From positions 21,504,513-21,568,512 of the forward strand of contig OZ316891.1 in assembly GCA_973895155.1 (NCBI GenBank): a stretch of 64,000 bases of DNA, written 5' to 3'. Each line of letters starts with the position of its first letter. The first letter of the stretch is position 1. Shown here one piece after another: positions 24,257-37,068 of this stretch. The notes beneath the pieces are model-generated. The model did not search any database, was not told the origin of the DNA, and was given only the letters and a program-made list of their open reading frames with translations. The DNA is from Marsupella aquatica. Taxonomy: Eukaryota > Plantae > Marchantiophyta. The translations under genes and the position numbers were made by a program.

Positions 24257-26694
24257 ATGCGTCCCATGCCCTTCCTATCGGACATGTCCGATATTTTAAG
24301 ATTGGATAACTTAGATTCAGAATCTGAGGGCGTGGCACCCATCCCTGTGCCTCCAATTGGTGCAACATCTCGAGGGCGTGAAGGTAGTCAGTCTAGACAG
24401 AGGACACATGATGGTGGTAGGGGTCGTAGTGTTGGAGGAAGTAGTGAGGGTGCTCGTGTAGAAGGTGCATCTTGCCATACAGTGGCTGGTGGGGCTAGTG
24501 GTTCTCATCGCTCTGCTCCTGGTAGCGGGGGTGGTAGTAGGGCACCCAATGGTTTGCACCGATCGATTTCTGGTAGTGGGGATGGTAGTAGGGCACTTGA
24601 TGGTTTGCACTGGTCGACTTCTGGTAGGGGGGTGGTAATAGGGCACCCGATGGTTTACACCGGTCCATTTCTGGTGGGGGGGCAGGGCGGGGGTGGCACT
24701 GGGGCCCCTAGTGGTTCTCATCGGGCGGGTTCTGGTGGGGGGGAGGGACCAGGACTCCTGGTGGTTCTCATCGTGCAGGTTCTAGTGGGGGGGTGGTAGT
24801 GGGGCACCTGGTGGTTATCACTGGTCCGCTTCTGGTGGGGGGGTGGCATCGGTGTCGTGATAATTTAATTATTCATGATAAAATCATTACCACTAAGTAT
24901 ATTAGTAAGTATATAGGTTAGATTTATATTTTATTACGGGGTAACTAAATAATTTGACTATTACGTATGTGCATGCAAGGTAAGCGACTATACAAACCAC
25001 AAGATGCATGCACAAATTGTTTGGATGCATGTGCAAATTGTTTTATTTGCATGCAATAGTCGTTTTATGTGCATGCAAGGTGAGCAAATGTGCAAGCCAC
25101 AAGGTGCATGCACAAATTGTTTTATTTGCATGCATTAGTTGTTTTATGTGCATGCAAGGTGAGCAAATATGCAAGCCACAAGGTGCATGCACAAATTGTT
25201 TTAGATGCATGCAAATTGTTTTATGCGCATGCATTAGTTATTTTATGCACATCAAGGTAAGCAAATGTGCAAGCCACAAGGTGCATGCATGCACAAATTG
25301 TTTTACGTGCATGCATTATTTGTTTTGATTGCAATAGTACTAGCACACATTCTTACGTTGGATGTGTGCCACTTGGCTTTTATCCAAGCGTTTGGGCGTA
25401 ATCCATGCCCTCTTGGATTCAATATAAATAAAGTGGTGATGGGCACTCTCTCTTCATTCCCACATTTTGAGAATTTTTGCGTCGAAGCGATCCTCTTTTC
25501 TTCTCTCATCTTTCTCTTCTATTCTTTGCCTTATGTACATAGTAGTGGGGCATCCTTTGGCCCGGATAGCAAATGAATGAGTGATAGACTTATAGATGGG
25601 ACCTTAGAGAACAAGGTCTCTTTGGGAACTTAGGGGTGGGGCATCTTTTGGCTCGGATAGCAAAGGAACACAAAAGTCATTATGAATCTAGGAGGGAGAG
25701 ATATCTCTAATCTTCCCCTTCGTAACCCATTTTTGGTTAGAGTTCATCTTTTAGACAGGCCATCCATGAAGCAACATTTAACTTATCACTTTGGAGCTCA
25801 ATTTGCAGCTGTTGTTATGAGTTCTAATGAGCCAATAGTGTACCCAGTGATGTCTTATCGAGAGGAGTGGGAGTGTATTATCTTTGTCCTTTATTGAGTC
25901 ATGAATCTAAATAGGAGTCTAGATGACATTTCTATTTCATTTTCTCTTGGAGATATTAGGATTGTATGTCGTAAAAAAATTAGTTTTTGAGATGTGTTGA
26001 TCCGCAAGTATGGTGAAGTAGGATTTAATAGTATATTAATTTCACTTGAACCTTTCTTAATATCCACCACCCTTCTTACAAGAGTTATCATTTTGGTTTT
26101 AGTGTAAAACTTATGGGCATGCAAGGTTGATTTCATAAGAGCCAACATGCTCTTACCAGAAAATACTGTCACCCGGACACCGGGGCTCCTAGTGGTTCTC
26201 GTCATTCAGGGGCTGCAGGTGGCGGGAGTAGTGGGGCACATGCTGCTTTTTGTCATTCAGGGGCTGGTGGTGGGGAGGGTAGTGGGACCCCTGTTGGTTC
26301 TCACCAGTTAGTTGGGGATGGGGGCAGTGCCCCAGTTGACCAATTAGAGGCCAACCAGGGTACTACGAGCGTTGGAGGCAATGGCGGTGGTGCGAGTGGG
26401 TCTCACCAGTCGGGTGCCATCGGGGGTGATGGCTCTCACCACTCTGGCACCCAAGTGGGTAGTGGGGATGCATCCTTTCATACTTGCTCTGCTGGTGGGG
26501 ATGTTGCACCACCTTCGCATGACTCAAGAGGTGTGTCTGGTGGTAATGCCCGTGGAAGTAGTGGTACAACAAGTCCTAGCACCACAGGTGCAGGTGGGTC
26601 ACATGCCCCCATTGACGAGGCCCTAGAGGTAGTGCCAGCTGCTAGTACCCCACCATCAAGATCTCGCACCCGTTCCAAGAAAAGGAAGGGATGA
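24257..26694 (+). pseudogene. Gly/Ser-rich repetitive ORF remnant of the second CACTA, split by a solo LTR
   Basis: ~40-bp G-rich repeats (ggtggttctcatcg..tctggt) encode GGSHRS/AGSGGG units. The frame resumes after the LTR and ends PPSRSRTRSKKRKG*. Confidence 0.5.
24853..26179 (+). mobile_element. Solo LTR-like element (family X, copy 1), 1327 bp
   Basis: TGTCGTGA...CCGGACA termini; 4-bp TSD TCGG/CCGG; U3-like tandem repeats (24965-25315); TATA box at ~25423. Homologous to 28966-30089 and 32234-33810. Confidence 0.85.
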
Positions 26695-28965
26695 CATGCA
26701 CCAGGATATGGATAGGGCAGCCTAGGATAGGCCCATTTATAGGTAGGCATTTTGCCGATTGACTTAGAGTACACTTGTGCATTTAGTACTTAACATGTTC
26801 ATTTGGCAAGGCCAGGCCAGTGATCCTATTTTGTATATCTATTTTGGGGTCTCCCCTTTTTGATTATATATTTATACCTTTTTTCCTACACATAGATACT
26901 GGGGTCTATGTGTGTCACCATCTTAATACCCTAATTCAGCCCCCAAAATCCAATAAAAACCCCAAATTTATGAGCCCTACTCTATTGCTTCCGATCTACT
27001 TCCAATACTAGATTTGACGCTCAGTCCGATACACATTCAGTTGCTACTATATTTGCAATGTCCGATGCCACATCCTACGCACTTACCAAATTAAAAAATA
27101 ACACAACGTCCGATACTTATAATTACGCAATTTCCAATTTTTAAATAAATGGATAAACCAATATTATTAGAATCGGAGAATGATTGCATGTGTACAATGC
27201 CTTGCATGCAGTAGCTGCCTCATTTTTGAAACTCTTTGCATCGGGCGTGATTTTATTCGATACCCTCTGAGTCGATCTATGCGATTACTACAACATCAGA
27301 AAGTCCGAAGGAGATCCGATTTTGGTATCCGATGGTTGAAACAACGAACAATGCCATATGAGAAACATCGGAAATATGGTTTTCTATGGAACATTTTTCC
27401 GAAGGAATCCAATGTCTGTAGAGTTGGAAAATGCCCAATAATGTACTAGTGCTTTTTCAAAAATCTCCTTTGAATCACTCATGTGAGAATGCAAGAAAAA
27501 ATGACATTTTCTCAACTTCTTCAAAGAACTCAAAACTTATCACCGCCATGTAGCCCACGAGCCTAGCTTTCCAACATTGAAAACCAGAATCAAAACCAAA
27601 CTCCGACGTAAAAGTTATTCACTTTTTGGTCGGGGTGGGTAAAACTTGGAATTCTCCCCCGTTTTGACCACCTCGGGGAATAACCAAAATGTGAACTAGT
27701 ACCCGACATCGAAAATGCAATTTGATTTGTGCACCGCGTTGTCAACTCTGATGGCTAGCAACTTGCCGAAGACGAACAAAAAAAGTTACGATTTGGCGGA
27801 CGAAATCTTTGACGGACGGCCCAAAACACGCTCTATGTTTTTCAAGAATATTCTCACACAGAGCAACAGGGCTCACAGGGGGCCGTTCCCCCTGTCCAAG
27901 CAATTAAAGTGGAGGGCGGCAGGTCCCGAGATGCGATAGCCAATCAAAAACCGGGAAAAGGAAAATTAAAAAATGCTTTAAGGGGGTGTCCCGGGGGGTG
28001 TGGATCCCCTTAAGAAAATCACGGAGGTATAGGGCCAGATGTGGGGGGGTAGGAGGGGCGGCGGCATCGACAGCCGCATCCGCCTGAGTCGGGGTCGGAG
28101 GGCAGCCGCGACTCCGGAAGGAGTCGTCGGGAAGGAGAAACCGAGCGCGGGGGGGCATACTGCAGCCAGCCGATGGGCGGGGAGGAAAAAACTCTGGGCG
28201 GGAGGGTTTAGCCTGAATGGGCGTACATGGGAGGGCAAGCGACAGGCGTAAAGGGAGGGGAGCGACGGGCGAGGGAGGGGGATCAAGGGGATCGTGTGTG
28301 TATACGCACACAAGCCTTTAAGAAACCCCCTTAAAAACCCTAAAGAAAAATGGCCCCCAACAATACAAAGGGTTTAACCGGAGCCAAATCCACACTCATC
28401 ACCGGTAAGGGCCCGAAAAGAATTTCTCTCCAATGTGCAATGGAGGTTGAGAGAGAAAGAGAGAGAGAGAAAGAGAGAGAGAATATTTTTCGAACAAAAA
28501 ATTGGCCCGTAAGAAATCCAAAAAAGCTTGTGGAAATCAAACAAAAAAAGCTTGCACCTTGTAACGTTCGGATTACGGTGAGGAATCAAAAACCGATGTC
28601 GATGGGTGGGAAAGATTTGCGCACCGGCACTATTTACTGGTCAATCAATGGCAAAAGTTCAAAACTCCTTCCTCCGATGGGCAAAACCGTCAATCTTGGA
28701 CTCAAAACGATCACCTCTTTGTGATCTCTTCGTTCAGCCTAAGCACTTCACGTCTCTCCCTCCAAGTTGAGCGCAATGACAAAAAACCCCGCTCAGGCAA
28801 AAGAGGACTCCATAGCCAGTCAGAAAATCAGAATACTCCTTTTGCTCGTTGCGACGCACTCGTTACAAACTCGACAACAAACCATCTACCAAAACGATCT
28901 GCTCGTCCCGATCTACAAGTAGAGCTATAGCATGCGACGCTCCTTCGCCGTAGAGCTCACACCAT

Positions 28966-30089
28966 TGTCCGGGTGACCGTGTTTTCTGGCAAGAGCATGT
29001 TCGCTCTTATGAAGTTAACTTTGCATGCTCATAAGTTCTACACTAAAATCAAAATGATAATTCTAGTAACAAGGGTAGTGGGTATTAAGAAAGGTTCAGG
29101 TGAAACTAAAATACTGTTAAACCCTACTTCACCATACTTGCGGACCAACACATCATAAAAATTAGTTTTCTTCCGACATATGATCCTAATATCTCCAAGA
29201 GAAAATGAAACAGGAATATCATCCGGACTCCTATTCAGATCCATGACTTCAATAAATGACAAAGATGATGCACTCCCACTCCTCTCGGTACGACACCACT
29301 AGGTATATTATTGGCTCGTTAGAAACCATAACAGCAGTTGCAAACTGAGCTCCAAAATGATAGGTTAGATGTTGCCTCATAGATAGTTTGTCTAAAAGAC
29401 GGATTCTAATCAAAAACGGATTACGAAGGGGAAGATCAGGGATAATTCTCTCTCTTGGATTCATGATGGCTCTCCTATTCCTTTGTTATCCGGGCCAAAG
29501 GACGCCCCACCCCTACATTCCCAAAGAAACCTTATTCCCTAAGGTCCCATCTATAAGTCTACCACTCATTCCTTTGCTATCCGGGCCAAAGGACGCCCCA
29601 CTACTATGTTCAAGGCACAAAAGAGCTTCACAACCTTGAATGATAAACACTGCGGAATGAGGGGAGAGTGCCCCTCACCACTTTATTTATAGTGGACACC
29701 AAGAGGACATGGATCAAGCCCAAGCACTTGGATGAAGGCCAAGTGTCAAACATCTAATACCTAAGAGTGTGCTAGTACTGTTTATAGTTGGTGAAACTAC
29801 TTTTAGTAGGTGGAACTTACTACCGTGCGTTGGTGGAACTACTATGCGTTGGTGGACCTACTATGCATTGGTGGACCTACTGTGCGTTGGTAGAACTGCT
29901 GTGCGTTGGTGAATATTATTGTAGTTGGTGGAACTACTCATATGCATTGATGGAACTACTATAGTCTGTTAATATAGCTAAAGAAGTTTAATAAAGTCTA
30001 AATTTAATAATCTAACTACTAAATTACTTATATAATCTATAGCATATTAAAATAAATAATTTTTTATAACTTAAGAGAAAATCACGACA
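28966..30089 (-). mobile_element. Solo LTR-like element (family X, copy 2) in the copia 5' leader
   Basis: Reverse-complement homolog of copy 1, termini TGTCCGG..CACGACA, 4-bp TSD CCAT/CCGT. Confidence 0.85.
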
Positions 30090-30386
30090 CCGTCGAGAAA
30101 ACAAACTCTGGTCCCTCCTCCGAAAAACCGTCAAACATGAATGTTGTCAACTTTCTTCACAAAATCCAGAATGACAAAAACTTAGATCTCTTTGCACCAC
30201 GAGCTCCATTCAGCAATTTCTTCACATCGTTAGAAAGCCCTTGCCCCGATCTATCCGTTGAGCCCATAAACTCCAAGTTTCATGTGACAAAACTCCGGAA
30301 AATCCACCGACACTCAATGCTAGAAAAAACTATCATGAAATCCCGTCACGAACAATGTCACCTCCCAGGCATGCTTTGATACCAAT

Positions 30387-30730
30387 TGTTGAGTATAGAC
30401 GACACTCGTAACAGTAAGCACATGACACATCCAACGCGCAAGTAGTCGACACAAGAGATACATGGTTTACCTTCTCGAGGCTACGTCCACGGGAACACAT
30501 AAGAGAGCTTTACTGAACTCTAAGCCCGTTGGCTATACCAAGTCTCCATAGTCTAAGCTCTCCTCATCGCTCAAGTGGCTCCATAACAATGAGCCTAAGT
30601 TCCACTTATCCAAGAAAACACCGCTTGGCATATAGTGTGCATCCTAGTTAATCTAACCACATCTCCGACTATAAGTTAGTCTAACTACGGTTACATGTCG
30701 TAACCCTAGACCTTGAGTAAATATCTAACA
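30387..30730 (-). repeat. 5' LTR of copia element
   Basis: TGTTGAG...CTAACA, 2 nt from the Met PBS. Confidence 0.93.
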
Positions 30731-32233
30731 ATACCGGCTACTCTCTATTGCCACAACAAGATTGCCCGAGTAATGAGATTTTCTTATCTCAAGAGCTCCT
30801 TCCAGCACCACAGAGTTTTCCCGTGCTAACGAGATTCAATTTCTTATCTCCTCATGCCTTACCTTCAGGCAATCCTGTGTTCCTCTATTTTTTCAGAGTC
30901 AACCCGGTTGTTCTTATGGAAGGATTCAAATTCTTTTCAATGCACCGAGCTGTCATTGCTGAATTGCTGCTGAAATTCTACTGCACCTCTCTTGGCCGTA
31001 ACATAAATTGTTCCTGGACTTTGTGTCCCTATGAGAAGGACTCCCATGATGACACCTGGCCTTCTCAGCAAACTCCTATATATAACATTGCTTACCTTGT
31101 ACTCAGAACCCGTAATTTTCTTTAGACGACATCCCGTTTGAGTGCACTTATAATGAAACCTCTATTTCATAATTCTTCAGTATTGTGCCCCGACCTCCGT
31201 TTTACTTGAAAACTTTTCGGTGTGTTCCTTGAACCTAAGACTACATTCTTGCTAAATTTTTAGATCTAATTCTATCTAAGACTTTTCTAAAATTCCGCTA
31301 AGCAGACCGCCTGTTCAATTGTATGCAAAGTACTATAACTACTAATGCTAACCTAATAAATATTAATCTAACTTAATCGCACCTAAGTCAGCTTGACACT
31401 CATGCTAAGTTGTCTCGATCTTCTACCATTTACTATGCATCCGCTTCCTCTGCTTAACCTTACTTGACCTCTAACTGCGGTTACTTCTAACTGTAGTTAC
31501 TCTAGTTTTAACTCTAGTTAAACACTACTACTTAATTTGACATCCGATAGTGCGCACCCCATTATTTTTAGCGACAAATATGTTGACATTGGGAGTTGGT
31601 CCAACTGAAGTGTTTAGATTGGCAGCCACATTATGCGAGGATACTCCAATTTTTCTTCTCATGCAGAGGTAGCATGCAGTTCTAGAGCAGCAGAGTTGAC
31701 ACCACCTACTACTACTAGTGAGACATGGCATGCAGCAACGACAAAGTTGATGGATTTGCCACCAAAACTTTGTAGAGTTTTGCACCAAGTGGGTGATGGT
31801 TAAGAGAGAATACCATCACGCCACATTACCAAGAATTGCTGGACTCGCAAGGGCTTTGTTCATCGCATGTCTCCACCCTCTTTAATTTTGGAAGGCAAGC
31901 GTATTCACCATGATCAATTCAAAGGGTTGTCCAAAATTTTCCTCACTCATAGCTTATCAAATGGGAGTAATAGTGCACAACGTGTTTTGGGTCCAAGAGT
32001 CACATAATAGAGCTCCACCAAAAAAGTTGGATTTGAGAGAGTCCAAAAAAGAAAATCAAGTAGAAGCCTAGAGGAAGGTTCAAGTGGGGACTGCATTAGA
32101 ATCCACCACCAACGTCAATATAGATGCCCTGGAGTACGACAAGGAGGATTTTGAGGATGACAAAGAGGAAAAGGAGGGGGAAGCACCTCTGAATTCAGAT
32201 ATAGAGAGCAAAGGAGGAGCAAAAGCTTTATGA

Positions 32234-33810
32234 TGTCCAGTCACCGTATGTTCTGTAAGAGCATGTTGGCACTTATGAAATCAACTTTATATGCCCATAA
32301 GTTTTACACTAAAACTAGAATGATAACTCTAGTAACAAGGATAATGGGTATTAAGAAAGGTTTAGGTCAAACTCATATATTTTATTAAATCCTACTTCAC
32401 AATACTTGTAGACCAACACCTCTCAAAAATTAGCTTTTCTACGACATATGATCATAATATCTCCAAAAAAAAATGAAACAAAAATATCATCTAGACTCAT
32501 ATTCAGATCCATGACTTTATTAAAGTCATCTATACTCTATTATAGTCATGACTTCTCTCGATAAAATACTACTGGGTATACTATTGGCTCGTTGGAATCC
32601 ACAATAGTTGCTGCAAATTGAGGTCCAAAATGATAGGTTAAATGTTGCCTCATGGATGACTTGTCTAAAAAATGGACTCTAATCAAAAACGGGTTACAAA
32701 ATGGAAGATTAGGGATATCTCTATCTTCTAGATTCATGATGACTCTTTTGTTTCTTTGCTATTCGGGCCAAAGGATGCCTCACCCATATTATCTCAAAAA
32801 GATCTTATTTTCTAAGGTCCCATCTATAAGTTTAGCACTCATTCTTTTGCTATCTGGGCCAAATGGTGTGCGCACTACTATGTATAAAGGCAAAGAATAA
32901 GAAAAAAAAGATGAAGGATAAAAAAAAAATCGCTTTGATGTGAGAATTATCAAAACATAGGAATGAGGAGAGAGTGTCTCTCATCACTTTATTTATATTG
33001 AATCCGATAAGGCATGAATTATGCTCAAACGCTTAGATGAAAGCCAAATGATACATCCAATGTAAGAATGTGTGCATAGCAATACTGCAATCAAAACAAA
33101 TAATGCATGTAAGTAAAACGACTAATGCATAAACCTAAAACAATTTGTGCATGCATGCACCTTGTGGTTTGCATATTTGTTCACTTCATGCGCATAAAAT
33201 AACTAATGTATGCAAATAAAATGATTTACATGTATCAAAATAAATTGTGCATGTACCTTGTGGTTTGCATATTTGCTCATCTTGCATGCACATAAAATGA
33301 TTTCAATGCAAATCTAATGTACACAATATGCACTCTATGCACTCTCTATCTTGGCACTCATACGCTTGAAGCGCTAGAAAATGGACTCCCCTGGGAGGGC
33401 GAGCTTCCCTCATATTCATAGTTGAAGCTAGGCTGGTCCCTTTACAAGAGTATCCTAGAAGATACTAGAAATTACAACTTACTAGATTTTATTTTTTTAC
33501 CACGACAAAATTTAAAACTTACTTTTTTTATCATAATAAATTCTAGAAGATACCAAAATTTACCTTTTTACTACGGTAAATTTTAGAAATGACTATATAC
33601 TATGATAGATTCTAGAAGTTACCAAAATTGACCTTTTTACTATGATAAATTCTAGAATTATTTTTCATTATAGTAATTCTTGAAAATTATCAATACTTCC
33701 AATTTTACTTTGGTAGAAGTCAAAAATTTACTTGTTACCACGGAAATCTCTACTTTTATATTTTTACACAAACCAAACTATTTTCTATATAGTCTAATTT
33801 CCTTACGACA
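32234..33810 (-). mobile_element. LTR-like element (family X, copy 3), more decayed
   Basis: Homologous to copies 1 and 2 and ends TTACGACA followed by CCGC. The left flank (ATGA) does not match as a TSD. Confidence 0.75.
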
Positions 33811-34998
33811 CCGCCTAAGAGCCTTGAGTGATGATAGGTTCTAAGGGCCTAGGCATGAGCACTGGGTTGGGCCAATCATAATTGGCTAAGGCATTCCACT
33901 CACAGACATCTAACTAGAAAGTTATGGGCATAACAAGTTAGTTGCGTGCCCATGCGTGTAGGTTGGAGTCTAGTTGGGGGGCCAAAATATGGGGACCAAA
34001 GTAGGTCTAGGAGTGGTAGGACTCCAAAAACATATATGAGGGTAGTGGTGTCTCATTGGGAGCCAAGGGCGAGCCCAAGTCATGAGCCGTTATAGTTGCG
34101 ATACCAAGAGAAAACGCTAAATAGAAACATCAATAACTTCTCAACAAAAAGTCCCTTGGGGGACTTCTTGGATGCGTTGAAAATCTCTTGATGAGGACAA
34201 AATACTCCTGAGATCAGCTAGGTCTGGGGGTGCCATGGATTCTTAGGGCTTGTAGGGGCTTTCTTGCTCGCTTGCCAAATCTTGTCGAAATGGCAGCCAA
34301 GCCGCGTTCAGTTTCCCAAGGGAGCTTGCATTGGAGAGGCAAAGCCAAGTAGGCATGGAGGTTGAGTTCTAAGTGCACTTGGCCCCTAGGCTATCAGTTG
34401 GGCAAGGACCTTGAGTTGGTTGAGCTAGAGCCTGAGTCAATCAGGTTCCGACATTTAGGACAAGCCTGGGACAAACTTTGAGACAAACTACGCTATTTGG
34501 GCCATGAGCATGTCCTGGGGAAAGGACGATAAGCCAATGACGTACAGAAACTTGTGGTGAAGCACAAGTTATTCTAGATAAACAATGGATGTTGGCTCAG
34601 GCTTCGGCTTATGGCAAGGCCATATGTGGGTGTGGGAGGTTCTATTCGCTGACCTACTTACCAATGTTTGTTGAGCTTGAGTTAGAATGCTAGTCTTGGA
34701 ACTTATTGAGATGTTTGGTTGGTGCAGATAGTGAAGACCGTTGAGGTTGGTTGTGTTAGGGAGCAAGTGTAGTGTTGTATGGGAGTGGCCATTGGAGGTG
34801 CAAAAGGGCACCAAGTTGCTTTCTCAAGGAGTTTTGTGGGGGCGTTTTGGCACCAAGAGCACTTAGGCATGGATGTTGGGATTGGTGAGGGTGCTGGGTT
34901 GCAAGGTCCATCACTATTGCCTTCGCCCATTATGATCGGGCCGACCCAATGCTCATGCCTAGGCCCTTAGAACCCGTCATCAGTCGAGGTCCTGGACA
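33811..34998. repeat. Inverted repeat, ~80-bp arms separated by ~1 kb
   Basis: ggttctaagggcctaggcatgagcactgggttgggccaatcataa at ~33837-33881 versus its reverse complement at ~34930-34975. Confidence 0.8.
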
Positions 34999-35953
34999 GC
35001 CCCACCTGGATCACGTCGTATCGTATGCGCCAAACTCTCATTGTGCATGAAGTAAACTTTGTTAGCCTTGGGCCCAAGGGGAGCTATCACTCAAGCCCTT
35101 AGAACTCCAAGTCCGTCCGGATCCACCCTGAGCCCAACCATGACCCGACCAACTCTATGCTAGTCTAAATACTTAGTGTGGGTCACCAACTTAGTGTCTT
35201 GCTCCCGCTAGTGCAATGCCTCGTTGCCCGCTAGTCTCCCCATACTTAGTCACCACCGAATGGTTGTTCCAAAGGCTTAGACCATAGAGGAGCTCGATGT
35301 TGGAGTCAGCGATGCCGGAACTAAGTGTTAGGGTAATCAAGTTCTTTGACTGCTAGACTTAGCCCCCGCCAAGAAATTTGTGATATGTCTTTGGGGTTTT
35401 GACAAAAAAAACCGATTTCATATTCCAAAACTTGGCTTCAAGGCGCTTCAAATCAATCTAATAAACTTTGAAAATGGTTAAAAATTGAGAGAGATAAAAT
35501 TTGGACAAGATCACTAATTTTGACCTAGCCGCTAGAGTCGGAAATTTTGAGCTTACTTCATGAGGATTCAATCCAAGAGTTCTTTGCAACACCTTAATTA
35601 AACACATTGATTTCTTCACCACCATGTTCCATATATAACAACACCAATCGCACCAGCTTACCTTCCACAGTCACTAACATCTTACAAGAAACCAAAATCA
35701 CATCACAAAAGTCACATTTTATTTGGTAATCAAGTCGAGACCTCAAAAATTGTCAAAAAATCATTTAATATGAAAATTGCAATTGCTTGGCCTTATGTGA
35801 AGAATCTTGCGATTAAACGTGCAAGTTTCCACTCCATAGAAATCATTATTAAATCATCACTTTGTATGACAAAGTTCACATTACCATCGTGCCTCCCAAA
35901 ATCGTCAATCAATCACGATGAATAGTTAAGACATCAACTAATCCTGATCCAAA

Positions 35954-36292
35954 ATTCTGGTACCAATTGTAGGATTCAAAGGAACAACATAACATCTTAC
36001 TTTCATCCAACACAAAACACACAAGTACACCGACACAAAATACATGGTTTACCTTGTAAGTTTGCGCTACGTCCATGACCGTACCAAGAGCTCTATTATG
36101 AACACAAAAAGTATATATCACCGTAGTTACACAGTCCAAACTTTTTCTCTTTCCCACAAAGTTTCCAACCGAGTGCTTTCTCGTCATGGAATACAAAGAG
36201 TTTTATCAATTTATGAATAGTCTAGTTAACTAATATTAACTTTGGTTAATTTACTTTAATTAACTTAGTCAAGGTTGAGTAAAAATAGAACA
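35954..36292 (-). mobile_element. Decayed copia-type LTR with degenerate PBS
   Basis: TGTAGG at 35968 preceded by the reverse complement of TGGTACCAGAA. Shares tacatggtttacc..gctacgtcca and the terminal ttgagtaaa..aaca motifs with the 19405/30387 LTRs. Confidence 0.6.
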
Positions 36293-36314
36293 CTTATGTT
36301 CATTAATAAAAACC

Positions 36315-36505
36315 ACTAAGCTTTGGAGAATGATGCTCGCAAGTGTAAATTTTGCGCTAACTAATCAAAGCCAGTAAGTTTTGGAGAATGATATTGTAAC
36401 TGTAAAATTTGCGCTAATCAATAGTTCTGGAGAATGATGCTCCATTGCTCCCAAGTGTAAAAAAATTTGCGCTAATTAATGAAAGCCAGTAAGTTTTGGA
36501 GAATG
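36315..36505. repeat. Imperfect tandem repeat (4 units, ttggagaatg..aaattttgcgctaa) upstream of ACP
   Basis: Visible repeated blocks. Confidence 0.7.
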
Positions 36506-37068
36506 GTCCTCTGTGGGAGTGAGAGAAGGTTTTGCCCAGAAAGTACCGGTGCTGGGGCGTGGCCGTGCGCCTCGGAAGCTCCGTGGGGTTGCAAAGACGG
36601 AGCACTCAATGACAGCAACGGGGACGAGAGGCAACAGGGTGGTGGTGGTGGTGGGCACAGAATTCTTCGATCGATTTTTCCGATCCTTTGCCTGATGTTA
36701 TGATCGCCGCCCCTCGCTGCTCCTTTGCTTCTCCTCTTTTGTCCCGATTCTGCGTGCCCCGACGTTATAACCACGCCCATGCGAATGCTGAAATCCAGTG
36801 AGTTCTCATTGCATTTTCATTTCCCTTTCCAGCTCCGCCTGAGGGAGTGAGTGAGCGCAGTAGTTCTTCTTGTTTGAGTTCTTGATCCATTTCTCCCCCC
36901 TCTCCTGTTGTTGTGTGGTCTACTGCTTCACCCACTCACACACACTTACGCACGTACTCCCAGCTCATCCATCTCTCGGCAAGAACATCTCATCAAACGG
37001 CCCTCCACTCTGCTCTCGTCTGCCTCTCGGTGCAAATCGAATTTTCGGAGTTCAATTGTGAAGCTGAG

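Larger units (their letters stand above)
24207..27451. mobile_element. Non-autonomous CACTA element inserted in the copia gag gene
   Basis: CACTAGTATATT at 24207 and AATGTACTAGTG ending at 27451. Perfect 3-bp TSD CTT/CTT. Many TCCGAT/ATCGGA subterminal motifs. Removing it restores the gag reading frame. Confidence 0.92.
19965..27482 (-). pseudogene. Copia gag-pol polyprotein, frameshifted and interrupted by a CACTA insertion
   Basis: Gag start MSDSKEIFEK at 27482; zinc knuckle CWKCHKVGHVKTDC at ~23290-23340; integrase LRSDN..PQQNGVTER; RT SLYGLKQSPRQW and LYVDDML; RNase H EAEYVA, CDSQSA, KHIHVRYHF. Multiple stops and frameshifts. Confidence 0.93.
19405..30730 (-). mobile_element. Ty1/copia LTR retrotransposon, decayed, with nested insertions
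   Basis: LTRs TG..CA at 19405-19747 and 30387-30730 (~22 substitutions + 1 indel by eye). TSD ATGCC/ATACC. Met-tRNA PBS (TGGTATCAAAGC) at 30384-30373 and PPT at 19748-19762. Domain order gag-PR-IN-RT-RH. Confidence 0.95.

Noticed and set aside
25008-25328. Cys/His-rich ORFs that look like zinc fingers
   Set aside because: Artefact of TGCATG-rich U3 tandem repeats.
31500-32230. Acidic, coding-like remnant
   Set aside because: Too fragmented to assign; probably old TE debris.
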